From assembly GCA_016187565.1 (NCBI GenBank), contig JACPJR010000031.1, forward strand, positions 9,796 through 73,795: 64,000 bases of DNA. The letters run 5' to 3'. Of the stretch, positions 29,625 through 38,122 are shown one piece after another; positions within the stretch are counted from its first letter, which is position 1; each line of letters starts with the position of its first letter. The position numbers and the translations under genes were made by a program. The stretch is from Candidatus Woesearchaeota archaeon (GTDB lineage Archaea; Nanobdellota; Nanobdellia; Woesearchaeales; JACPJR01). The notes beneath the pieces were generated by a model that was not told where the DNA came from, searched no databases, and saw only the letters and a list, made by a program, of their open reading frames with translations.

Positions 29625-31430
29625 TTGTCAATAGGGGTACATTTTATGAAAAAAGTCGTTGCCATTGTCCAAGCGCGTATGGGTGCTTCACGATTACCAG
29701 GAAAAGTCCTCATGCCTCTTTTAGGAAAACCTCTTCTTTTGCATATTCTGCAGCGGTTACAAACAGTAAAAAGACTTAATCATATTATTGTAGCAACAAC
29801 TACAAGCAATGAAGATAATGTTCTTGTGGAACATCTAGATTCTTGGAACATATCTTACTATCGTGGATCTGAAGATAATGTGCTTGATCGATTTATCAGA
29901 GCTGCAGAATCAACTCATGCAGATATTGTTGTAAGGATCTGTGCAGATAGCCCGCTTATTGAGCCAAACGAAATTGATAAAATGGTTGAAATAATCCTCG
30001 AAAAGAATGCTGATTATGTTATGGTTAAGTCAGGTGTCTTATGTATGCATGAAGGTTTTGAAGTAGTAACGCTAAAAGCACTTCGACACCAGCTTGATTT
30101 TTCTGATGGGAGTTATGTTAAAGAGCATGTTACTGCGTTTATTCGAGAACATCCTGAAAAGTTTGCTATTGCTTATTTTGTTCCTGAGCAAGAATATCAA
30201 CGTAAAGGATTTCGATTATCAATTGATACCATGCAGGATTTTCGATTTATGGAGCAGATTTATAAACGCCTCTACAATGAGGGAACCATTGTTGATCTCA
30301 AACAAGTTACGCAGCTTCTTGATCAACATCCAGAGATTCTTGTTATTAATAAGGAGGTAACACAGAAGGGATTACATGAGAAGAGTTTACGTATAGCTTT
30401 CAGAACCGATGGTGATTCCCAAATGGGCATGGGGCATGTCTTTCGCTGTTTGCATCTTGCAAGGACATTTCAAAACGCCTTTCATTTGGGTATTATTTTT
30501 TTAGTAAAAAAATCAACCGTTGCAAAAGAATTTATTCAGAAGCAAGGTTATCCTCTTATTTCCATTAGCGAGCACTTCAGTGAGGTAGAGGAGGTTGATT
30601 TCATTGCATCAATCTTGTTAGAAAAAAAAATAGATTGCCTTATTATTGACCAAAAGATACCACCATCACAACAATATTTTCGCTCGTTGAAAACAATTTC
30701 ACCTACCAAGCTTGTTGTTATGGATAAAATCACCAATTTTCCTGAGGTAAATGTAACCATCCTCCCGACAGCACATGTTGACCAGAAAAAAATTATTCCT
30801 GAATCTCAGGAAAGAACATTTTTTGGGATAGAATATGCTGTTTTTTCAGACGAACTTCTCAAGCGAAAAAAAACACATCTTAATCCAACGGTGAAGAATA
30901 TCCTTATTTCTATGGGGGGAAGTGATCCAAGCCGAATTACGCTTCGAATTCTTTCTTATTTGAGAAAGATGAAACAGGAAACTCCAGATCAGTTCAACCA
31001 ATTTGAATGGCATGTAGTGATTGGACCTGCATTTGACTTTATTCACGAAATAAAAACATTTATGAATGAAAACCAGTTACCCCTTAAAATCCATGAGGGG
31101 ATTACTGATTTATCTCCGTTGCTTGAACAAGCTGATCTGTGTGTTGTTTCGTTTGGTATTACACCTTATGAAGCACTTGCTGTTCGAGTTCCTGCGCTTG
31201 TCGTCAGTCATGATCAGCCAAACTATACAGATTCGCTGATTTTTGAAAAACTTAATACGTGCATTAATCTTGGATATTATGAAAACCTCACTTACGAGCG
31301 TTTCAACAAAGAGCTTTTTGAGATGATAGGTAATCGGGAGTTGCGGGAGCGAATATTTGAACGCGACAAAGACCTTATCAGAGGAAATGGGAAAGAAGCA
31401 ATTGCGAAACTTATACGAGGGATCTTATGA
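29625..31430 (+). CDS. pseF/pseG: Fusion: CMP-nonulosonate cytidylyltransferase (PseF-like) + UDP-2,4-diacetamido-2,4,6-trideoxy-altropyranose hydrolase (PseG-like GT28 fold)
   Basis: N-terminal KVVAIVQARMGASRLPGKVLMPL (CMP-NeuAc synthetase family). The C-terminal half has IAFRTDGDSQMGMGHVFRCLHLA and ISMGGSDPSRITLRIL, which are the PseG signature blocks. Confidence 0.75.
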   Translation: MSIGVHFMKKVVAIVQARMGASRLPGKVLMPLLGKPLLLHILQRLQTVKRLNHIIVATTTSNEDNVLVEHLDSWNISYYRGSEDNVLDRFIRAAESTHADIVVRICADSPLIEPNEIDKMVEIILEKNADYVMVKSGVLCMHEGFEVVTLKALRHQLDFSDGSYVKEHVTAFIREHPEKFAIAYFVPEQEYQRKGFRLSIDTMQDFRFMEQIYKRLYNEGTIVDLKQVTQLLDQHPEILVINKEVTQKGLHEKSLRIAFRTDGDSQMGMGHVFRCLHLARTFQNAFHLGIIFLVKKSTVAKEFIQKQGYPLISISEHFSEVEEVDFIASILLEKKIDCLIIDQKIPPSQQYFRSLKTISPTKLVVMDKITNFPEVNVTILPTAHVDQKKIIPESQERTFFGIEYAVFSDELLKRKKTHLNPTVKNILISMGGSDPSRITLRILSYLRKMKQETPDQFNQFEWHVVIGPAFDFIHEIKTFMNENQLPLKIHEGITDLSPLLEQADLCVVSFGITPYEALAVRVPALVVSHDQPNYTDSLIFEKLNTCINLGYYENLTYERFNKELFEMIGNRELRERIFERDKDLIRGNGKEAIAKLIRGIL

Positions 31431-32035
31431 TTGAGCGTTATCGAAAACGACGGGAAGAGGAAATGCAACGACAAAGTTCTGACGCTTATTGGCTTTGGTA
31501 CAATGAAAGGTATATTAAAACCTACAAGCGCATATTAGGACAACGATTTGACTCAAAAATTCTTGATCTTGGTTGTGGTGCAGGCCATCTTGTTTTAGCA
31601 TGTAAAAAGCAGGGTTATGATGCAGAGGGTATTGATATTGAGACCTGTGATTTTGAGAATGAAAACCTGCCCTACAAGGATCAGACCTTTAACCTTGTTA
31701 TTGCTAATGCAGTAATTGAGCATATCGGATCGCCAGATCACATTTTTCAAGAAGCATATCGCGTTCTTAAGCCAGGAGGATCTTTTATTATGCGAACTCC
31801 AAATTGGCAACAAGACGCCAAAAACTTTTACAATGATCCAACCCATAAAAAGCCTTATACTCCTCATGGATTGAAAATGATTTTACAAATGCATGGATTT
31901 AGCGTTCCATTTATAGAGCCAGGACTTATCGAGAAGCCAGCTTTCTATTGGAAACTTCCTTCACCAATTAAATGGAAAATCGCTTCGATCATTCCTGGAG
32001 GAACAAAATCCATTCTTGCAATTGGAAGAAAATAA
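31427..32035 (+). CDS. Class I SAM-dependent methyltransferase
   Basis: Motif I ILDLGCGAGHLV and motif II/post-I YRVLKPGGSFIM. It overlaps the preceding stop by 4 nt. Confidence 0.7.
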   Translation: MIERYRKRREEEMQRQSSDAYWLWYNERYIKTYKRILGQRFDSKILDLGCGAGHLVLACKKQGYDAEGIDIETCDFENENLPYKDQTFNLVIANAVIEHIGSPDHIFQEAYRVLKPGGSFIMRTPNWQQDAKNFYNDPTHKKPYTPHGLKMILQMHGFSVPFIEPGLIEKPAFYWKLPSPIKWKIASIIPGGTKSILAIGRK

Positions 32036-32041
32036 AATACT

Positions 32042-33499
32042 ATGTCAAATAAAATCAATGTTATTGGACTAGATGGTGCAACTTTTTATCTCCTTGATAA
32101 GATTGTTGCTCGGGGATTAACACCAAACATCCATCGTATTATGACGCAAGGTTACAAAAATGTCTGTACTTCTATTTATCCGCCCCTTTCCCCTCCTGCA
32201 TGGGCGACTATTGCCACAGGGGTTAATCCTGCAAAGCATGGTGTCTTTGACTTTTTTTATATGCCTTTTCGGCGAGAAGGAAGTTATGCCCGGCGGATTG
32301 TGAACACGACACAGTGGAAAATAGACACGGTTTTTCACCACTTTAATAAAGCCGGTTATAGCTGTGGTGTTATTAATTATCCCATGGGTTACCCACCGTT
32401 AATCGTGAACAAGTATTTTATTTCTGGTCTTGGAACACCTGGGCTTGATACTGATTATACCTATCCTCTCGATCTCAAGAAAGAGATTGCTCAACAATTC
32501 CCTGATTATCTTATTGATGTTGGCGGTGGTATTGGCCAGACCTCAGAGGCTTTTTTGCAATCCTGCAGACAGATGATGCTCGAGCAAATAAAGGCAGCAA
32601 AATATCTTTTTGATAAGTATCCTGTTGATATGTTTTACGCTGTTTTTGCTTTTACTGATCGCTTTCAGCATTGGTTTTGGCAATTTATTGATCCTCAATC
32701 TCCCTCCTATGGAACATGGAAAAAACCCATTGAGGTCTATGAAGAATTTTTTAAAGAAGTAGATGCTTTTTTTGGTCTTCTCCTTGAAAGAATGCATGCT
32801 GATGATGTTCTTCTTGTTCTTTCAGATCATGGGTTTGGTCCTATCAAAAAATATTTTTACATCAACAAGTTCTTGTATGAGGCAGGGCTTCTTCATTTTC
32901 TTCCCGAAGCAAAAATATTCCACCAAAAAAATACCCCTGACGGGTTACTCACTTCTATTGATTGGACAAAAACCGTTGCTTATTCATTAGGTGATTATGG
33001 TGAGATCCGTATTAATCTTAAAGGCCGTGAACCAAAGGGCATTGTTCAGCCTGGAGAGGAGTATCACCGCCTCCGTCTGTTTATCAAAAATATTTTGGAA
33101 AATGTCGTAGACCCAGAAGACGGCAAAAAAATAACTGATACCGTCTTTTTGAAAGAAGAGGTTTATAACGGGCCAATGCTTCATGAGGCTCCTGATCTTC
33201 TCTTTACTTTGCGACATTGTTCATATTTGTGTTACATTAATGGGAGAGGAAATGAATTTTATAATTACGATAAGGTTCTTTTCAGACCACCAAGCAAAAA
33301 CGAAATGGAGCAGTGGACAGGAGGCCATACCCTTGACGGCATTTTTATGGCATATGGTAAAACCGTAAACAAGGATGCTGTTATTCCAAAAATAACCCTC
33401 TATGATATCCCGGCAACGCTTCTCTTCCTCAAGGGAATACCTCTGCCGCAATCACTTGATGGAAAGGCTCTACAGGAATTATTTATTAATCATCCTTGA
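32042..33499 (+). CDS. Alkaline-phosphatase superfamily protein (type I phosphodiesterase/nucleotide pyrophosphatase family)
   Basis: VIGLDGATFYLLD...GLTPNI...SIYPPLSPPAWATIATGVNPAKHGVFDF is the family N-terminal metal-site block. 485 aa. Confidence 0.65.
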   Translation: MSNKINVIGLDGATFYLLDKIVARGLTPNIHRIMTQGYKNVCTSIYPPLSPPAWATIATGVNPAKHGVFDFFYMPFRREGSYARRIVNTTQWKIDTVFHHFNKAGYSCGVINYPMGYPPLIVNKYFISGLGTPGLDTDYTYPLDLKKEIAQQFPDYLIDVGGGIGQTSEAFLQSCRQMMLEQIKAAKYLFDKYPVDMFYAVFAFTDRFQHWFWQFIDPQSPSYGTWKKPIEVYEEFFKEVDAFFGLLLERMHADDVLLVLSDHGFGPIKKYFYINKFLYEAGLLHFLPEAKIFHQKNTPDGLLTSIDWTKTVAYSLGDYGEIRINLKGREPKGIVQPGEEYHRLRLFIKNILENVVDPEDGKKITDTVFLKEEVYNGPMLHEAPDLLFTLRHCSYLCYINGRGNEFYNYDKVLFRPPSKNEMEQWTGGHTLDGIFMAYGKTVNKDAVIPKITLYDIPATLLFLKGIPLPQSLDGKALQELFINHP

Positions 33500-34749
33500 T
33501 CAATGAATATTTTATTTCATTCCATAGACGAGCTCTGCGTATCATGAACAATCCAATGAAGAATTCCATGAACTGTGATTTTTGTAAGCATCCAATAACT
33601 CCAGTCTATAACGTACCTTCATCACCACGAAAAGCTGTTGTTAAGGTTTGCAGCCACTGTGGGCTTGTCCAAAGTACATTTCTTAACAACTCTTCTCTTC
33701 CTCGACAGGTTGCGGTTACCTCAGAAGCAAGTTGGGGAAATGTGCGCTATGGTAAATCCTTCAGAACAACTCCGCATGTAGATATCCTCGATAAGTTTCT
33801 TTCCTGGCACAGGCTTCAGCAGGTAATAGATGTTGGGTCTAATCGAGGAAGTTTTATTCAGGCGATCTATAATAAAGGAAATTTTCCCATTCTTGCTGTT
33901 GAACCAGATAAGCATATCTCTCCAGACTTTCATGATTTTCCGAGAGTGAAGCTTCTTTTAGATCGTATTGAGCATATTTCTTTTATCAACGAAAAAGCCA
34001 ACGAAAAATTTGACCAAAAATTTGACCTTATCTATCTTTCTCATACCCTCGAACATCTTGAGTCGCCGTTTCTGACCCTTCAACAACTTACCCATCATGC
34101 ACAGCAACATGCGTATCTGTTTGTAGAGGTTCCTAATATTGAGTTCCTGAGGAGTAAAGATATTGTTGAAGAATTCTTTATTGATAAGCATACCTTCCAT
34201 TTTTCTCGATCTACGCTAAAAAACTATCTCTTGCATTTTGGATGGCAGATCCTCTATGAGAACCCTTCTGATGATATCCTGAATATTACGTTGTTAGCAA
34301 CATTGCATCCCTCAGGTATTCAGGGAAAAACGTTTCTTTCGGTTGATGTACCGAAAACAATTGCGCAGATCACACAATACAAAGAAACAAAAGAAAAGAA
34401 TATGCGTGCTCTAAATAACGTTGCAACATACATTGAAGCCTTGTATCCGAAAAAAATTGGTATTTGGGGGGCTGGGCGTCTTTACCATGCATTAGTACAA
34501 CACGGTAACCTTAACAAAGAAAAGATAGCAGTTCTTATTGATTCCTATCTTCCTGCGTATGTCGATAACCTTAATGATCAGCGTATTTTGCTTCCTGATG
34601 AAGTCTCTTTTAAGGACATTGATGTTCTTGTGATCATGTCACGGCAGTATGTTACTGAAATAACTACAAGAGCTCGTCAACTGGGTTTTCATGGTGAGAT
34701 CATAGAGTATAGCGGACTATTACAGCAAATGTCTTCTTCAGTAGTTTAA
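33496..34749 (+). CDS. NDP-sugar C-methyltransferase-like protein (N-terminal zinc ribbon + class I MTase + C-methyltransferase C-domain)
   Basis: CDFC...CSHC zinc ribbon, SAM motif VIDVGSNRGSFIQAI, and a C-terminal extension, as in the TylCIII/EryBIII architecture. Confidence 0.55.
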   Translation: MINEYFISFHRRALRIMNNPMKNSMNCDFCKHPITPVYNVPSSPRKAVVKVCSHCGLVQSTFLNNSSLPRQVAVTSEASWGNVRYGKSFRTTPHVDILDKFLSWHRLQQVIDVGSNRGSFIQAIYNKGNFPILAVEPDKHISPDFHDFPRVKLLLDRIEHISFINEKANEKFDQKFDLIYLSHTLEHLESPFLTLQQLTHHAQQHAYLFVEVPNIEFLRSKDIVEEFFIDKHTFHFSRSTLKNYLLHFGWQILYENPSDDILNITLLATLHPSGIQGKTFLSVDVPKTIAQITQYKETKEKNMRALNNVATYIEALYPKKIGIWGAGRLYHALVQHGNLNKEKIAVLIDSYLPAYVDNLNDQRILLPDEVSFKDIDVLVIMSRQYVTEITTRARQLGFHGEIIEYSGLLQQMSSSVV

Positions 34750-34822
34750 GAAAGTTTAAGAAAGAAGGTCACGAAAATATACTACTCAACCAAAAAAATT
34801 ATAAAGATAGGTAATCCCCTCA

Positions 34823-35077
34823 TTGAATACCATGAATGAACGTTTGATCGATGATAACCAACAGGTATCTATAGCATTGCCGAAATCCTTAGTTCAGGAG
34901 CTTGAACACCATATGAAGCAGTATGGCTATACGTCTCTTTCCGACTATGTGCAGCATCTTCTCAATGAATCATTAGTTACCTTGAACGCTTCTCAGAAAG
35001 GTACCAGTAGCGGGTTTAGTCAAGAGGATGAGGAACGAGTTAAAGAACGGTTAAAGCAGCTTGGTTATCTTAACTAG
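34823..35077 (+). CDS. Ribbon-helix-helix (CopG/Arc-like) small DNA-binding protein
   Basis: 84 aa with QVSIALPKSLVQELEHHMKQYGY, a beta-strand/helix pattern typical of RHH proteins. Confidence 0.45.
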   Translation: MNTMNERLIDDNQQVSIALPKSLVQELEHHMKQYGYTSLSDYVQHLLNESLVTLNASQKGTSSGFSQEDEERVKERLKQLGYLN

Positions 35078-35136
35078 CTACAGGTAATAGCAATAATGAT
35101 ATGACCCTACATCTGTAGATGATAGACGATTGTAAG

Positions 35137-35181
35137 GAGAATAAAGAAAATAAAGAAAATAAAGAAAATAAAGAAAATAAA
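35137..35181. repeat. 9-bp tandem repeat (GAAAATAAA) x5 (first copy imperfect), between an AGGAGA Shine-Dalgarno-like element and the cysD ATG at 35191
   Basis: The repeat is read directly from the sequence. If the upstream ATG at 35119 is used, it encodes an (ENK)5 N-terminal tail. Confidence 0.9.
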
Positions 35182-35190
35182 GATAGTACC

Positions 35191-35994
35191 ATGGAATACC
35201 TCGACGAACTTGAAAGCAAAAGTGTCTATGTCATCAGGGAAGCATATCATCAATTTAGAAATCTAGCGTTACTTTGGAGCATTGGTAAGGATTCAACAGC
35301 ACTACTTTGGCTTTGTCGGAAGGCCTTTTATGGAAAAATTCCCTTTAAAGTTCTCCATATTGATACTACGTTTAAATTTCCTGAAATGTATGCTTTCCGT
35401 GATAAATATGCTCGAGAATGGAACCTTCCGTTGGTTATTGTTAAGAACGAGGAAGCATTAGCCCGAGGAGTCAATTACGATACCTGTGATTCTTTGACCG
35501 TTTGCACTGAACTAAAAACCAATGCTCTTAAACAGGCTGTTGCAGCGTATGGATTTAAGGCCCTCTTAGTAGGCATCCGAAGAGATGAACATGGCATTCG
35601 GGCTAAAGAACGTTATTTTTCTCTACGAAACCAGGATTTTCAGTGGAATTATAAGGCGCAGGCGCCTGAATTATGGGATCAGTATAAAACCAAGCAAGAA
35701 GAAGATGAACATATCCGGGTTCATCCGTTGCTTCACTGGACCGAACTTGACATTTGGGAATATATCAAGAGAGAAAATATTCCTATTAACACCTTGTATT
35801 TTGCGAAAAATGGTAAGCGCTATCGTAGTCTTGGTTGTATGCCTATAACGAAGCCTATTGTTTCAAATGCCGACAATGTTGATAGAATTATCGAAGAGAT
35901 TCGGACATCAAAGACCACTGAACGTGCAGGACGGGCGCAGGATAAAGAACAGATGCACGCCATGCAAAAATTACGTGCATTGGGTTATATGTAA
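35191..35994 (+). CDS. cysD: Sulfate adenylyltransferase subunit 2 (ATP sulfurylase small subunit, PAPS-reductase fold)
   Basis: LWSIGKDSTALLWL PP-loop and CysD-family blocks (HIDTTFKFPEMY, LVGIRRDE). Homologues start near MEYLDELES (35191). The ORF track offers an alternative in-frame start at 35119. Confidence 0.85.
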   Translation: MEYLDELESKSVYVIREAYHQFRNLALLWSIGKDSTALLWLCRKAFYGKIPFKVLHIDTTFKFPEMYAFRDKYAREWNLPLVIVKNEEALARGVNYDTCDSLTVCTELKTNALKQAVAAYGFKALLVGIRRDEHGIRAKERYFSLRNQDFQWNYKAQAPELWDQYKTKQEEDEHIRVHPLLHWTELDIWEYIKRENIPINTLYFAKNGKRYRSLGCMPITKPIVSNADNVDRIIEEIRTSKTTERAGRAQDKEQMHAMQKLRALGYM

Positions 35995-36050
35995 GGGTAG
36001 GGGTAGGTAGCTTTTGGGATGAAAGTAATGACAGTAATGAGGGTAATGGT
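35995..36050. repeat. Short tandem repeats in cysD-cysN spacer (GGGTAG x2; three AGTAATGA-like 9-mers)
   Basis: gggtaggggtaggtag at 35995-36010, and gtaatg at 36025, 36034 and 36043 with 9-bp phasing. Confidence 0.6.
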
Positions 36051-36069
36051 GATATCTGGTGATAAATAA

Positions 36070-37335
36070 ATGAATAACAGGATTGCTTCTCTTCCTCAAG
36101 AAAATCGAGAAAATCTTCGTGTAGTTATTGTTGGCCATGTTGATCACGGCAAGTCTACCTTTATTGGAAGATTACTCTATGATACGAATAGTTTACCTGA
36201 TGAGAAGATTCAAGAGCTTAAAACTATCGCCGAAGCCCTTGGAAAAGATATCGAGTTCAGTTATATCATGGATCATCTACAGGAAGAGCGTGATCAGGGG
36301 ATCACTATTGATACTGCCCAAATTTTCTTCAATACCATAAAACGACACTATACCATTATTGATGCTCCGGGCCATGTTGAATTCTTGAAGAATATGATCA
36401 CTGGAGCTTCACAGGCAGATGCAGCAATCTTACTTGTTGATGTAGCTGAGGGAATACAGGAACAGACAAGGAGGCATGCATATCTCCTGAGTATGCTTGG
36501 ATTCCATCATATTGTTGTTTTATTGAATAAGATGGATTTAGTTCATTACCAACAAGAAGTATTTGATGCACTTGTATCCTCTCTTGGCGTATTCCTTGCT
36601 CCGCTTCATATGCATGCCCAGTACATTCCTTTTTCAGCAAAAAATGGAGACAACCTTGCTGTTCTTTCTCCAAATATGCCTTGGTATAAGGGAAAAACCG
36701 TACTTGATGCCTTGGATGCATTGCCCTTGCAAAAAGACTTACGTCAGTCTCCACTTCGTTTTCTTGTTCAGGACATTTATAATTTTGATAAACGAATCTA
36801 CGTCGGAGTTGTTGGAAGCGGTAGCCTGAATAAAGGGGACAAGGTTGTTATCCTTCCTTCAGGTGAAAAAACATGCATTGCCTCTCTCGAAGAATGGAAC
36901 CGCTCGATAACTACTGCAGAAGCGGGAAAATGTCCAGGGTTTATAACAACAACAAAAGTCTTTATTGACCGTGGAAATGTTATTGTAAAAGAACATGAAA
37001 CACATCCTATTATTACAAAAAATTTTACTGCTCATCTTTTTTGGCTAGAGAGCAAGCCCTTTGTAACAGGCGAACGGCTCATGTTTCGATGTGGGACCCA
37101 GCAGACGCTTTGTGATGTCACGGTAAAAAAGACCATAGATTCTTCTACCCTGGCGCTTATTGCAGAGTCGCCTGATGAAATTAAGAATCGGGAAGTAGCC
37201 GAAGTTGTTATTACTACAAGTCAGCCGGTGATCATAGAGAATTTCCATAATGTTCCTGAACTAGGAAGATTTGTGCTTGAGAGGAACGACACTTGTGCAG
37301 GAGGCATTATTATAGCTAATGGTGATTCTGTATGA
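36070..37335 (+). CDS. cysN: Sulfate adenylyltransferase subunit 1 (GTPase CysN, no APS-kinase domain)
   Basis: G1 [10 protein letters not shown]3 DAPGH and G4 NKMD, with EF-Tu-like domains II/III. 421 aa. Confidence 0.85.
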   Translation: MNNRIASLPQENRENLRVVIVGHVDHGKSTFIGRLLYDTNSLPDEKIQELKTIAEALGKDIEFSYIMDHLQEERDQGITIDTAQIFFNTIKRHYTIIDAPGHVEFLKNMITGASQADAAILLVDVAEGIQEQTRRHAYLLSMLGFHHIVVLLNKMDLVHYQQEVFDALVSSLGVFLAPLHMHAQYIPFSAKNGDNLAVLSPNMPWYKGKTVLDALDALPLQKDLRQSPLRFLVQDIYNFDKRIYVGVVGSGSLNKGDKVVILPSGEKTCIASLEEWNRSITTAEAGKCPGFITTTKVFIDRGNVIVKEHETHPIITKNFTAHLFWLESKPFVTGERLMFRCGTQQTLCDVTVKKTIDSSTLALIAESPDEIKNREVAEVVITTSQPVIIENFHNVPELGRFVLERNDTCAGGIIIANGDSV

Positions 37336-38060
37336 TCGTTGTTCTTGCGATTGATGCCTTAGAGTTTGACCTTGTTGAAAAGTTCTCCTGTACACATTTA
37401 AAGCAGCAGTTTTATGGGAAGACTAACATCCAAGAATTCTCAGAGCCTCGTACCATGGTCTTATGGAGTTCGTTTATGACCGGTATAAATAAAGAAAAAG
37501 AGGTTTTGGCAGGTGGAAATCAAGAGATGTGGGATAAACAGTGGTCTTATGATGAAACCTTCTTCAAGACTTTTAAGAATCCTTGTGTTCTTGATCTGCC
37601 AGGATACAGTTATGATCTCAAAGTGCACGAAAAATCTCGGCTTTTACTTAAAAAATTTTTTCTTGTCAATTCTCCCGAAGAAAAAGAGGCTATACGTAAA
37701 GAGTACAATCAGGATGCATTTGTCCATCATCGAGCTATAAAAACTGCCTTTTTTGAGGCTTTACAGAGTAATCATGATTTTGTTCTTGGCTATTTCTCGG
37801 TTGCCGATGTTATCGGTCATCTCAATTTTGGAAATACCCTTATGATGCGGATGATCTATAGTGATTTAGAGGAGATTGCATCGAAGATTATGGTAAAGAA
37901 ATGCATCATTCTCTCTGATCATGGCATGTATGGCGTTGGCATGTTTGGAGATCATTCTTCATATGGTTTCTGGAGTACGAATTTCCGGGATTTAGGGTTA
38001 CCCCGTATTACGGATTTTCGGAGCATTATTGAAGAACTGAACAACGTTGAAATAAAATAG
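37332..38060 (+). CDS. Small alkaline-phosphatase-superfamily protein (phosphodiesterase/sulfatase-like fold)
   Basis: [12 protein letters not shown]-terminal metal-site block and a C-terminal LSDHGMYG motif. The start overlaps the cysN stop (ATGA), so the two are probably translationally coupled. Confidence 0.5.
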   Translation: MIVVLAIDALEFDLVEKFSCTHLKQQFYGKTNIQEFSEPRTMVLWSSFMTGINKEKEVLAGGNQEMWDKQWSYDETFFKTFKNPCVLDLPGYSYDLKVHEKSRLLLKKFFLVNSPEEKEAIRKEYNQDAFVHHRAIKTAFFEALQSNHDFVLGYFSVADVIGHLNFGNTLMMRMIYSDLEEIASKIMVKKCIILSDHGMYGVGMFGDHSSYGFWSTNFRDLGLPRITDFRSIIEELNNVEIK

Positions 38061-38122
38061 AATCTTCTCTTTTTAGGAAGAAACCTTTTTAAAGAACAAG
38101 CCTTCCCCTCATCAGGGGAATC

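Noticed and set aside
29625-31430. Legionaminic-acid (LegG/NeuC-type) reading of the C-terminal half of the fused protein
   Set aside because: The MGMGHVFRCLHLA and GGSDP blocks are PseG (GT28-like hydrolase) signatures and not NeuC-like UDP-GlcNAc 2-epimerase signatures. No NeuC-like protein is present in the window.
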